Positions 35,050 through 45,428 of a DNA stretch of 64,000 nucleotides are shown here, one piece after another; position 1 is the first letter of the stretch; every line of letters starts with the position of its first letter. The notes under the pieces are model-generated. The model searched no databases, was not told where the DNA came from, and saw only the letters and a program-made list of their open reading frames with translations. This stretch comes from Vairimorpha necatrix. Its lineage: Eukaryota. Both the position numbers and the translations under genes were made by a program. Location: contig CP142737.1 of assembly GCA_036630325.1 (NCBI GenBank), forward strand, positions 248,001-312,000. The letters are read 5' to 3'.

Positions 35050-36260
35050 AGCTAAATTCCCCTTTGGCGACACCAATTCTTAAAAGTCGCCATATTTGCT
35101 AGTGCGTATACAGCTCCAACCACTCTTCTTCTACTGCATCCCCTGATCGTACCTTCGTCGTCTTCTGCACAATAGACTGATTGTATGCTTCCAAGTATGG
35201 TCGGATTTCCAGGTCCCTGATGTACTTTCTGTGATATTGGGTGATCACTACAGTCCATGTCATTACATAAGGAGCTATTCTTGTAGGAGATTTATGTACT
35301 ATTACAAGAATGTCATATTTTCTTAGTTTATATTCAGGCTATTTAAAGTCGATCCTGGTTGGCCATGTCAACTTCGGCTATTATATTTTCTTTCTTCTTG
35401 TCAAACACAAGAAAATCAGGCTTATTATGGGTCACCTTTATTTTAGTGCATATCCTAGTTTTCTACTATTATTTACGCCGGACATTTTCTCTTTCTCTTG
35501 TACTACTAGGTGTATAGTATTTTCTTTGTCTTTTAGCCCATATTTAATACAAGTAAGAGAAAAATGCTTCTAACTGCGTTGTTGTATCTTTTCATATAAT
35601 CAACCCCCATCATTTGACCACTTTTGGAATCTAAATTATTCACGGTCTTTCTATGAGATCCACAATGGTGACATTGTCCCTCTTGTCCACAAATAATTTT
35701 TCTATCATGTGGAAAACAGTAGATTGCTTCGGATCTAGCCGGATTGTTTCCTTCGGGTCTCCAGGTAGAAGAGTCCTTGATGCTTATTAAATCTTTATTC
35801 CAAGCCTTAAACACCTTAAATTGTTGTCCTTGTGTCAATTTTATTGTAAAGCGCTTCTTTCTGGGATTCTATTACATCTTCTGGGCTATCTCTCCTACAT
35901 GTCTATACCTAATCTTAGAAACTCGAAAATTGTAACACGTGGGATTTGAGCTCCGCTTCTACTTTATGTATCGCCGCTTGTCTTAATAGGCTATTTTAGA
36001 CCCATCTAATGTTTTCTAAATATTCGGAATCATAATTTTGCTTCTATCTTCAATATTATGAGGTCTCTTTCCATTTCGGATCTAGGTAGGTATAGTCTTT
36101 CCTTGCAGGCCTGTCGTAGATGGACCTGGTACTAAATGAGTACATGGTAGATATCAAAATAGGACTTTTGAAATCAATTGGTTCTAATTTTCCCACTACA
36201 TGATAGTTTATTACTGATATTGCATGCTCATTATTAGCTCGTATCCTATTCTTATCATAT
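35050..36260 (-). mobile_element. Decayed R4/Dong-like non-LTR retrotransposon (RT C-terminus, Zn knuckle, RLE region)
   Basis: Fragmented frames read KNRIRANNEHAISVINYH, HLRQACKERLYLPRSEM, CHHCGSHRKTVNNL..DYMKRYNNAVRSI and EAYNQSIVQKT, with many stops and frameshifts. Confidence 0.75.
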
Positions 36261-36297
36261 ACTGCAAGTTATTCGTTATATTTTATTTACCCCATAA
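36261..36297 (+). promoter_or_regulatory. Core promoter with CCC motif of the Cdc37 gene
   Basis: AT-rich tract plus CCCC (36290-36293) 4 nt before the ATG; conserved at 33146-33182. Confidence 0.6.
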
Positions 36298-36909
36298 ATG
36301 AGTAGTAGTGAACACAGCACTGAATCCGTCGAATTATCAAGTTCCTCAGAAATCCATCCGAACATAGACGAAAAAAGTTATAAAAACTGGAAAAGAGAAA
36401 CAAGAAAAAATGAAAAAAGAGAATTAAAAGAAAAGCTTAAAATCTTAAAAAATATTCAAAATCCAACAGAACAACAAAAGATAGAAAAAGAAAATCTTGA
36501 AAAAATGTTGAAGCCTCAATTTACAGTAAAAAGTGAAGATTCATTTAGAACTGGAAATGATCAAGAAATAGAAATAAAAAAAGATGTCGGTGACATTTTG
36601 GTTGAATTATTAGAAAATCAAAGCCTGGAATATTTTTCAGATACAATTAATAAAAATAGAACATCTTTAAATGATCTAGAAGAACTAATTTTATACAATT
36701 TGAGTGAAAATATCAAAGAAGATAATGACGAGATGGGACTAATCTTAAGTCAAATGTGTTTACTTATGGCATATTTTAATACACATGGCAAAGGACAGTT
36801 AGATAAATTAATAATTGAACTTAAAATACCAGACAAAAAGAAAGAATTTATAAAAGAAATACAAAGATATTATCAGGAATCTAAGGACGCAATATTAAAA
36901 ATCCAATAA
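36298..36909 (+). CDS. CDC37: Hsp90 co-chaperone Cdc37 (short form)
   Basis: ELSSSSEIHPNIDEKSYKNWK matches the Cdc37 N-terminal motif (yeast ELSDDSDVEVHPNVDKKSFIKWK), followed by a coiled coil and a helical domain. Confidence 0.8.
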   Translation: MSSSEHSTESVELSSSSEIHPNIDEKSYKNWKRETRKNEKRELKEKLKILKNIQNPTEQQKIEKENLEKMLKPQFTVKSEDSFRTGNDQEIEIKKDVGDILVELLENQSLEYFSDTINKNRTSLNDLEELILYNLSENIKEDNDEMGLILSQMCLLMAYFNTHGKGQLDKLIIELKIPDKKKEFIKEIQRYYQESKDAILKIQ

Positions 36910-37765
36910 AAGATGTTTTATAAATAAAGTTTCTATCTCTTTAGTAGACATTTCTAATAAAAATGTATGCCATGTAAAATGATAAATTTTTAATAAAGAA
37001 TATTTTTGTAATAAACATGGGAAATAATTTGTAGACTCAAAAAATTCTCAAATACAATTCTCTTCATGTATAATACTTATTGATTCGGATTTGTTTTCTG
37101 ATTTTTTGTTGTACTAACTTTTTTCTCAATAGAGCATAAACAATGTTTGTTATAATTTCGACGCACTTTTAAAAAAACACAGGGGCAAGACAAAGAAGAA
37201 ACGATCATCTTAGACAAAGTATTTGTTGAAAAGATCTGAATGACAGTCAATATTTATTTAGATGTTTAGAAGTTTAAATCTTTTATTTTGACTTTATTGT
37301 TCCTTTTCTCTTTTTTAATTGGCCTTTTAACGACTCCTGATTAATATTATAGTCATGTATTGACCAAAATTAAGGAAGATCCCAACATTGTGCATATCTA
37401 TTTCATAAATAGATCCGAAGTCGCGAACAGTAAGATAATGTGATGCAAATTTATCGGGGTATTATAATCTCTTCCACTAAAAAATACCCAAATAGAAGGC
37501 ATAACCGGCGTATGTTCATTCTTGCAGATTTTCGGAAACAATGTTCTCTCTACTCCTTGTATCTTCGATTGATCATGGTTTTCCAGGCATATTAATTCCG
37601 TAGTAGTTGAGGTTGATTATTATAGGGTTCTTCAGATTACCATCTCATCAGCCTGAAAATTTTCATATTACCTTATATTTATTGAACAACTTGTTCGTTT
37701 TGTTTTTTTAATTTTTTGTACTAGATCCCTTTTAGAGTTTATTTGGCTCAGAAACCTATAAGTCA

Positions 37766-38551
37766 AGGTGCCCTTAGCCCAGTGGTAGAAGGCGATGCTT
37801 CCATTGAGCAGTGGCTGGGTTCGATTCCCAGGAAGACCAAAATTGTTTCTACTTTCTATGATGCAGTTGGAACAACTCAGATGATGAAAATGTCCACGAT
37901 AAATATTAAGTTGATTCAATGAAACTTGTGTGTGCCCAGCCACAAGGGGATTAGCATCTAGTGTAGAAACGCACCTCAAGGCCAAAAAGCAGTATCGCCC
38001 TTTAGTGACTCAATGATACATAAAAGTATCTAATAGGTACGGCCTAGTTGGAGCCCATGGCTGGTGCACTCTAGAGTGGGATCCTAGAGCTAACTAAGAG
38101 ACTAGACGAAGTAGGGCAATGGAAGGTCTCGTGGACCCTATCCCACAAGATTCTGTAACACGGTGGCCGAAACTAGTGGGAGACTGGTGGTCAACGCAGC
38201 CCAATAAAAATGCCGGGCTGGTGATGTGGTCGTGTAAGGAGCCGTGTGTGCAATACAGATGATTGTAGGGACCTTTGAGTCACTACGATGATGTCTCTCC
38301 TCAAGTAATAGATAACCATGCCCGTTAAGTATATCCGTTGTGGGGTCATTCTGGACGCGATTTGAGGTATAAATGGAAAGTGTCTCCTGGAGCCAAAGTC
38401 AAATGGATACGGTGGAGCTGCTGCACCGGCAAGTTGTATGGAGTGAGTTTTAGTGAGTAAGAATCTCACAGTACCAGTTGGATGAGGATCACACCCAAAC
38501 CACTCTGGTCCCTATGTAAGGTTTCTCCCTACCTCTTACTTGCAAGAAAAA
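37766..38551 (+). mobile_element. tRNA-derived SINE, full-length copy 1, with 14-bp TSD
   Basis: A box TAGCCCAGTGG, B box GGTTCGATTCC, about 700-bp GC-richer body and an A-tail. AAACCTATAAGTCA at both 37752-37765 and 38552-38565. Confidence 0.88.
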
Positions 38552-40072
38552 AAACCTATAAGTCATAAAAGTCATTTGTATTATTCTTCATTGCAAAAAA
38601 AAATCATTCCAAATTTTGTAAGTGGCATTTTTAACTTCCTCCCCCTAAAGTACTAGTTTTGGTTTTTTTATTTTTAGCTAAAGCCATATTTACAATAAAA
38701 AACACATTTTAAATAGTTTTATCTCAATTAGCATATAAAACACACAGTCACACTTTATAATTTGTCTGTAGATGGTTAAAGCCTTTAAGTATTCTATGAC
38801 CGACTTCACATCAACAAACATTTTGTTGTGTAGATTTTTTTTCTTCCATTAGTGAGAAGGCATCATAAATTTATAAATCACTTGCTAAAATTTTATTCTA
38901 GATAGTTTGTTTTTTTTTGTAGAATATTTACAATAATTGTAGTCGCTTTTTTATTTTTTAGTCTCGTGAATATAAGTCTTTTGATCATAATGTTAACAAA
39001 TTTTTATAGCTTTATTTTGTGTAATAAAAAATAAAATGCCTAACTTTGTAAACACCAATAATTCCGTAATATATTAAAAATCCCGATTCCTTATATTCCA
39101 AAAAAAACTTGAATAAAATTTATTATAGTGTTTTATTTCTCTTTAAATAAGGAAACCATACTTTTTAATATTTTCGCAAAGAATATATTGTGTAACGTCT
39201 CATTCATATCGTTAAGTGAAAAAGTTTGGGTAACAAATACGGGATATGTTGCAGTAAACATTGGCCTATAACGCAGGTTCTTTTAATCCCTTGTATAAGG
39301 TCAATATTATAATATTCATAAGTGTAAATAAATGGCGGGGTTCACTGATATAAATCTTCTCATGTATAAATTTCTCTCTAGAAATATTGGTTATTTGGGC
39401 AAATTTTATAGTACAGAAGGTTTGTTGTTTTAATAAAAAGATTTATATAAACTTACAATGTTTAAAAAATTATATATTAATTATGTGATCATGATTATAC
39501 GTTCCAATTATATTTTAAGCTTTTAATCGAACCACTAACTTCTTAAATGTACAAAAACAATTGAATTAAAATTAATTAATTTTATCTGATTTCTGAGCCT
39601 TTCCATACCATTAAATATTATGATTTTATGATTCATGTGTAAAGCTAACGGAAATGATGCCAATTTTACATTAATAATTCGTAAATTATTTTTCAAGCCA
39701 AAAATTAAAGATCGAATTGGACAAAATAGAAATAGTTGTTAAGTTATTAAATTCAAATGAGTTAAATGTATTTGCGTTAGATATTGTAATGACACGATAG
39801 TCTATGTATCATTATTATTAGCAAATTGGATTTTTAAAAAATTTATTATATTTTTAATTTTAGAAAAGCTAGCATCAAAATGAATAATAAAAGAATAACA
39901 TTGTATAAAAAACGACTGTATTGCCTTTTTTGAGATAAAAAACTATTATAGAGTGCATTTGATCACTATGATTTTTTTACGGGGATTCATAATTTTTTTA
40001 ATAATAGTTTAATTAAGACGCGATAATACGAATTTTAAAACTATATAAACTTAATATAAATATAAACCCACA

Positions 40073-40702
40073 ATGACTTGTCTTGAAAGCAGCACCGAGT
40101 CCACCGACCCAATTAATTCAAAATTTTATCTCTGTTTGAAGGAAAAATGTTATAAAATCAAACATGAAAACAGAAAACATATTGAAAAAATAATCTACGA
40201 AAAAATTCTTCAAAGTCAATTAGATGAAATAGAAAAGGAGAAAAAAGCAAAATTAGACGAATCTTTACTTATAATAGAAAGTGATGAAACATTAAACTTA
40301 GAAGAAAGGCGAGGAGATAAGCTTTTAGAAGATTTATTAAAAAATCGCAGTCTGGAATATTTCTCAGATACGATAGATAAAAATAGATCAAATCTAAATG
40401 ATCTACATGGGGCAATATTTCGTAAACTAGTCATAACAATTATAAAATATAATAACGAAATAGGATGTTATAACTCTAGAAAAAATAATGACGAGATGGG
40501 AAAAAATATAGTTCGAGTATCGCACCTCATAGGGTATTTTTTAAACGAGGGTAAAGTAGAGTTTGATCGACTAATTCCTGAATTAAAAACACCAGAAAAT
40601 CAAAAACATTTTAATTATTTGGCAAAAATATGGTATAAGGACTATAAGCGAGACATATCAAAAAGATATAAAAGAATACGAGAAAAAAACAAACAATTAT
40701 AA
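40073..40702 (+). CDS. Cdc37-like paralogue C
   Basis: ESSTES..., GDKLLEDLLKNRSLEYFSDTIDKNRSNLNDL, NDEMG, FDRLIPELKTP; HPNID motif absent. Confidence 0.85.
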   Translation: MTCLESSTESTDPINSKFYLCLKEKCYKIKHENRKHIEKIIYEKILQSQLDEIEKEKKAKLDESLLIIESDETLNLEERRGDKLLEDLLKNRSLEYFSDTIDKNRSNLNDLHGAIFRKLVITIIKYNNEIGCYNSRKNNDEMGKNIVRVSHLIGYFLNEGKVEFDRLIPELKTPENQKHFNYLAKIWYKDYKRDISKRYKRIREKNKQL

Positions 40703-40759
40703 ATAAAAAATAATAATAATGATATAATTTATTTGTGCCTAATATCTTACTTACTAATC

Positions 40760-41015
40760 ACTTTTCACAACGATACACCCACAATCTTTTCAGATAGCTC
40801 CTGGAGTTCTTTCTAAAATTCACATATTGGTCAATCGAATACCCCCTCCTGATCAGTATCAAGCTCAGTCTGATTAACATATAGGCTTTAAAGTCATTTT
40901 TCGGACAAATATGATAATTAAGTATTTTTTTAAAAAAATAGTTTCAATAGATCCGTATACAGATAAGAGTCTGTAAAATGGCCTTAGAAAGCCTGATTAT
41001 GTCAAGCAAATGGGG
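40760..41015. mobile_element. Two short R4-like 3'-end fragments in opposite orientations
   Basis: About 40760-40900 is the reverse-complement homologue of about 31480-31625; about 40950-41015 is a forward homologue of about 31455-31520. Confidence 0.55.
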
Positions 41016-42129
41016 ATTCTATGACGATACAACGAGAAAAAATTAAAAAAACCCAAGGTCTATATCAGATTAGATAATATTAAATTGTGAGAAACTGCTT
41101 AGTTTACATAGACTAATTTTATTTTCGTTACATATTTCTGTTACAAATTTAGTTATTTATTAAATCGTTTTTTGACATGGTCGGCATGTTAGAATTTTTT
41201 TATTGCTTAAATCCAACAAAATGAACCTGAAATTTTTCTGTTAATTTCACCAACTCGTCCTTCAAATAATCCAAGATAATATTTCAAATTATTTTAAGGC
41301 CGGGATAGTATTCCGCCGCTCATTTTTATTATCAAAAATTTATTAGATATATTCCAAATAATAATAAAAAATTCTTAGATTTAAAATTTCTTATATATTC
41401 TGAAATGTATTAATAATGATTTTGCTAAAAGTTCTATTTCTTTGTCGTCAATGCTATGCCTTATTATAGGACTTCTATTTAGTTTTCTTTACTAGAACCT
41501 GGCATTGAGTTAAACCACTTAAGCTTATAGTATAAATTTCATTGATATGTATTTTATATTATACACATTACGGAATAGTTTATAATAATGATATGTTTTT
41601 ACAGTCTAGTCTCTGTCAATATTGATGCAATTGTCACGAGATCTCAACGGTCTCATGGAGGTAAAATAGCAATAAACAATTGAATTGTAAGGTTACTTGT
41701 ATAATTATGATGATTATTTTGCTTTGAATGTTTCCAATGGATGAAAAAATTTCTAGGTCAAATAAAATAAAGATTTATAGAAACTAACATATATAAAAGA
41801 GTGTAATTCGCAGAACAGCATATAATTTAGAAATATCTTTTTGTTGCAAATTGTATTTCTACGTCATGTCATTTTTTTTATTCTTACATTAATTAGATTT
41901 TTAAGAAATTTTTTAAAAAGAAGAATGCTAAAGAAAAAGAGCACAATTTAAACATTAGAGAAAAAATGACAACAAAAACAAGTCATCAATATTCAAAATC
42001 ATGCAGTGTGGCCTTAACTTGCCGAGATGATTTTTCCAGGTTTTTCATAATTTTTACAATAATTTAATTATGATGCAATAGTACATGTTATAAAGTTATA
42101 TAAACGCATTACAAATCTATAACCCATTA

Positions 42130-42753
42130 ATGGCTAGTCTTGAAAGCAGCACCGAATACACCGAATCATCAAGTTCAGAAAAAAATTCACACGAAAAATG
42201 TAATAAAAGAGCTAAATATAAAACAAGAAAAATTAAAAGAAAAGTTAAAAACTTAAAAATTTCTATAAAACAATCGGATAAAACTAATAAAAATAATCTT
42301 ACATACATACATGAACCTCGATTTACATATGATAGTGATGACTTTCTTGATTCAGACGAAATGCCAGGAGACGAGCTTTTAGAGAATTTATTAAGAAATC
42401 AAAGCCTGGAATATTTTTTAAAAACAATAAGTAAAAATAGATTATGTTTTAACGATCTAAATAACGCAATACGTCGTAAACTGATTTATGTTGTCATGAA
42501 CTATAATTCCTCAACGTCATGTAGAACTTGTAGGAAAAGGTATGACGAAATGGGAAGGGATATAGGCCAGATTTCTCAGCTTTTATATTTTTATGATAAA
42601 TGGGGCAAAACAGCGATAATAAGATTAATTGAGAGTTTTAAAACAGATGAATACGGAATGAAAAAGATTTTTAATTGTATTTTTAAACAGTGGTATAAGA
42701 AGTATAAGCGTCAAATTACAAGAATATTGAAACAATTGCAAAGAAAGAGATAA
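42130..42753 (+). CDS. Cdc37-like paralogue D
   Basis: ESSTEYTESSSSE, GDELLENLLRNQSLEYF..KNR..NDL, YDEMG; basic N- and C-termini; HPNID motif absent. Confidence 0.85.
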   Translation: MASLESSTEYTESSSSEKNSHEKCNKRAKYKTRKIKRKVKNLKISIKQSDKTNKNNLTYIHEPRFTYDSDDFLDSDEMPGDELLENLLRNQSLEYFLKTISKNRLCFNDLNNAIRRKLIYVVMNYNSSTSCRTCRKRYDEMGRDIGQISQLLYFYDKWGKTAIIRLIESFKTDEYGMKKIFNCIFKQWYKKYKRQITRILKQLQRKR

Positions 42754-42800
42754 AAAATTTAAAAAACATAGGAAAAATAATTATTTTTTTAAAAATATTT

Positions 42801-42872
42801 TGGGAGATCCGGGGATCGAACCCTGGACCCTTAGATCTTCAGTCTAATGCTCTCCCACTGAGCTAATCTCCC
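42801..42872 (-). tRNA. tRNA-Phe(GAA)
   Basis: Reverse complement GGGAGATTAGCTCAGTGGGAGAGCATTAGACTGAAGATCTAAGGGTCCAGGGTTCGATCCCCGGATCTCCCA folds as a cloverleaf with anticodon GAA. Confidence 0.96.
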
Positions 42873-43969
42873 TTAAAAGATATCAATAAACAAATATACT
42901 TTTCAAGTAAAGTCATAATATTAATTTTATTTCAAAATGTTAACAAAAAATGAATAAAGTTAATTATACTTGGGCCTTGAACTTCTCCCTTTTTAGTAAG
43001 AAAAAAAAACCTATTCATATTAAAGAAAAGCCATCCAACAAATAAAAAGATCCTTAGTCAATTATTTTTGATACACACATCACATCATTAAGTCCTTGCT
43101 TGTACGAGATAAAATATCCTTTAGGATTAGATGTAAAGTAAAGTTACTAACGTTCGGTCACTGTTGAGTAGAAAAAAATTTAAATGCCTCCAAAAGCCAT
43201 ATAACTTGTTTCTTTATAATTTAAATATTATTTAATAAGAGTCTTTTGATAAGAGTTTCTTTTACTACTCATTTAGATGTACACTATAAGCTTTCATGTC
43301 GTTTTCCAACTGACTTATTTTCAGCTCGGAAAAAAAACTCAACAAAAAACAAAGAAAATGCTTATCAGATAGGTCGCTTATTATAACTTTATTACCCTAT
43401 CAATAGGCAAGACTTCCTCAGATTTTGGCAAAGATCGAAGAATAGCTTCGTTAGAATTGATCTGTTTCTGGTATTTAGTCGCCTACTTCATTTTCGGCTA
43501 ATGTCACTCTTACTTTGTCTGAGGTGTTTTCAAAAGCTACTGCAGCTTGAAAGCAGAAATCGTCTCTAATGAGAAAAACTCTTCCTTCTTTTTTAATTTA
43601 TTTTACAAAAAGATTGTTCTTCTCTTCTATGCCTATTATTTTAGCACAGGTATCCCTAGAAATGTTTTACTTCAAGTAACCCCATGAGCAACTACAATTT
43701 TGCATTTGCAGTCTTTGGGGCGCTTTCCAATTATTGATAGATCTAGCAACTTTTCTCTAGATAGCTTATCTATTCAATCTGTTTGCTTCATCTTCGTAAA
43801 GTAAGAAGAAAGTACCAAGTGAAAGAAGCTTTCTTCGTTTTTTGATTTGCATTCAGTCATATACTCCGACTTCTTATAAGCCTTTGTGATGAAAGTATCA
43901 AATCTTCTTTTAGTATTTCTTGCAAGTTTTAAGACTTGAGTCGGGGGTTTTATTTGTTACGTATAACAG

Positions 43970-44623
43970 TTTTTTTTCTTGCAAGTAAGAGGTAGGGAGA
44001 AACCTTACATAGGGACCAGATGAATTGGGCGTGATCTTCATCCAACTAGTACTGTGAGATTCTTACTCGCTAAAATTTCTCCATACAACTTGCCTGTGCA
44101 GCAAGCTCCGCCGTATCCATTGGACTTTGGCTCCAGGAGACACTTTCCATTTATACCTCAAATCGCGTCCAGAGTGACCTCACAGCGGATATACTTAACG
44201 GGCATGGTTATCTATAACCCGAGGAGAGACGTCATCGTACTGACTCAAAGGTCCCTACAATCATCTGTATTGCACACACGGCTCCTTACACGACCACATC
44301 ACCAGCCCTGCATTTTTATTGGGCTGCGTCGACCACCAGTCTCCCACTAGTTTCGCCCACCGTGTTACAGAATCTTATAGGATAGGGTCCACGAGACCTC
44401 TATTGCCCCACTTCGTCTAGTCTCTTAGTTAGCTCTTGAATTCCACTCTAGAGTGCACCAGTCATGGGCTCCAACTAGGCCGTCCCCTTTAGATACTTTT
44501 ATGTATCATTAAGTCACCAAAGCGTGAAACTGTTTTTGGCCTTGAGGTGCGTTCCTACATTAGATGCCAATCCCCTTGTGGCTGGACACACACAAGTTTC
44601 ATTGAATCAACTTAATGATTTAT
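43970..44623 (-). mobile_element. tRNA-derived SINE copy 2, 5'-truncated
   Basis: Reverse-complement match to about 37900-38551 including the tail (T8 at 43970-43977); tRNA head missing. Confidence 0.88.
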
Positions 44624-45428
44624 AATATCAATACTTATGCCATTGCAATTTTAAAGAATTGAGTCAGTATATAAATATAGCTGTGTTCTATAAATAATTT
44701 GGGCCTTTGTATAGCTTCCCGCTGCTAAATTTTTATGTCTTAAATTTCAAATTGTCTTTTTTCTTATTTTAAAATGTTCTTTCATTTTCTATTTTAAGGA
44801 GAGTCCTTTCATTAGAGAAAATTCAAATTTTAGTAAAAAATTTATACCGTCTTTTAATGACATAAAATTAAATAAGAAGTGTATATATATTTGTCATATT
44901 GTATTGTTATGATTTATTTTGTATCATATAATTATAAAATTGATTTTTAGTTTATGGTGTTTCTTCCCGATTCTGTTTCTTTGATTCAAATTCATTTTAT
45001 AGGGCTATTTTTTTTCGAATTTTCTTTTATACGTTGGCGGACTTTCCACCAACCAAATAATCTTCCAATACTAGTGAATTAACACTTTCACGTACTCTAG
45101 CGATCGATAAATCGGGCATATTCTCGCATATTTCTTCCCTCCTTTTGCGCTTGTTGTACTAGATAATAAGTTCTAGTCATGCTTTTATTTATACTACAAT
45201 TTTGATTCAATTTTCTACATTGTTTTAGAAAACTAAACGTCACAACAAAAAACACCTATAATAATACTACTTAAAGTTCCATTTTACCTTATATAATAGA
45301 AATGGCCATTCGGCGGTTTCGTATAGTTTTTTGTAGAAGTACTAGAATAATTTTTAGAAAAAATAATAAATTACATCAAAAAAATATTTGAAAGATATAC
45401 GTAAGTAAGAATATAAGAAGATCTTTAT

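Noticed and set aside
37766-37840. Stand-alone tRNA gene
   Set aside because: Acceptor and anticodon arms are imperfect, and it is the head of a repeated, TSD-flanked element, so it is a SINE head.
38030-38115. HDV-like or hammerhead ribozyme in the SINE body (CTCTAG/CTAGAG hairpin followed by CTAACTAAG)
   Set aside because: P2/P4-like pairings are possible, but I found no convincing P1/P1.1 and no CTGANGA core; a covariance-model test would be needed.
38191-38469. 92-aa ORF and its 98-aa twin at 44054-44350
   Set aside because: Antisense frames within SINE copies with non-ATG starts; the similarity only reflects the repeat.
43100-43930. Decayed coding sequence on the minus strand
   Set aside because: Purine-rich, coding-like bias but many stops and no recognisable domain.
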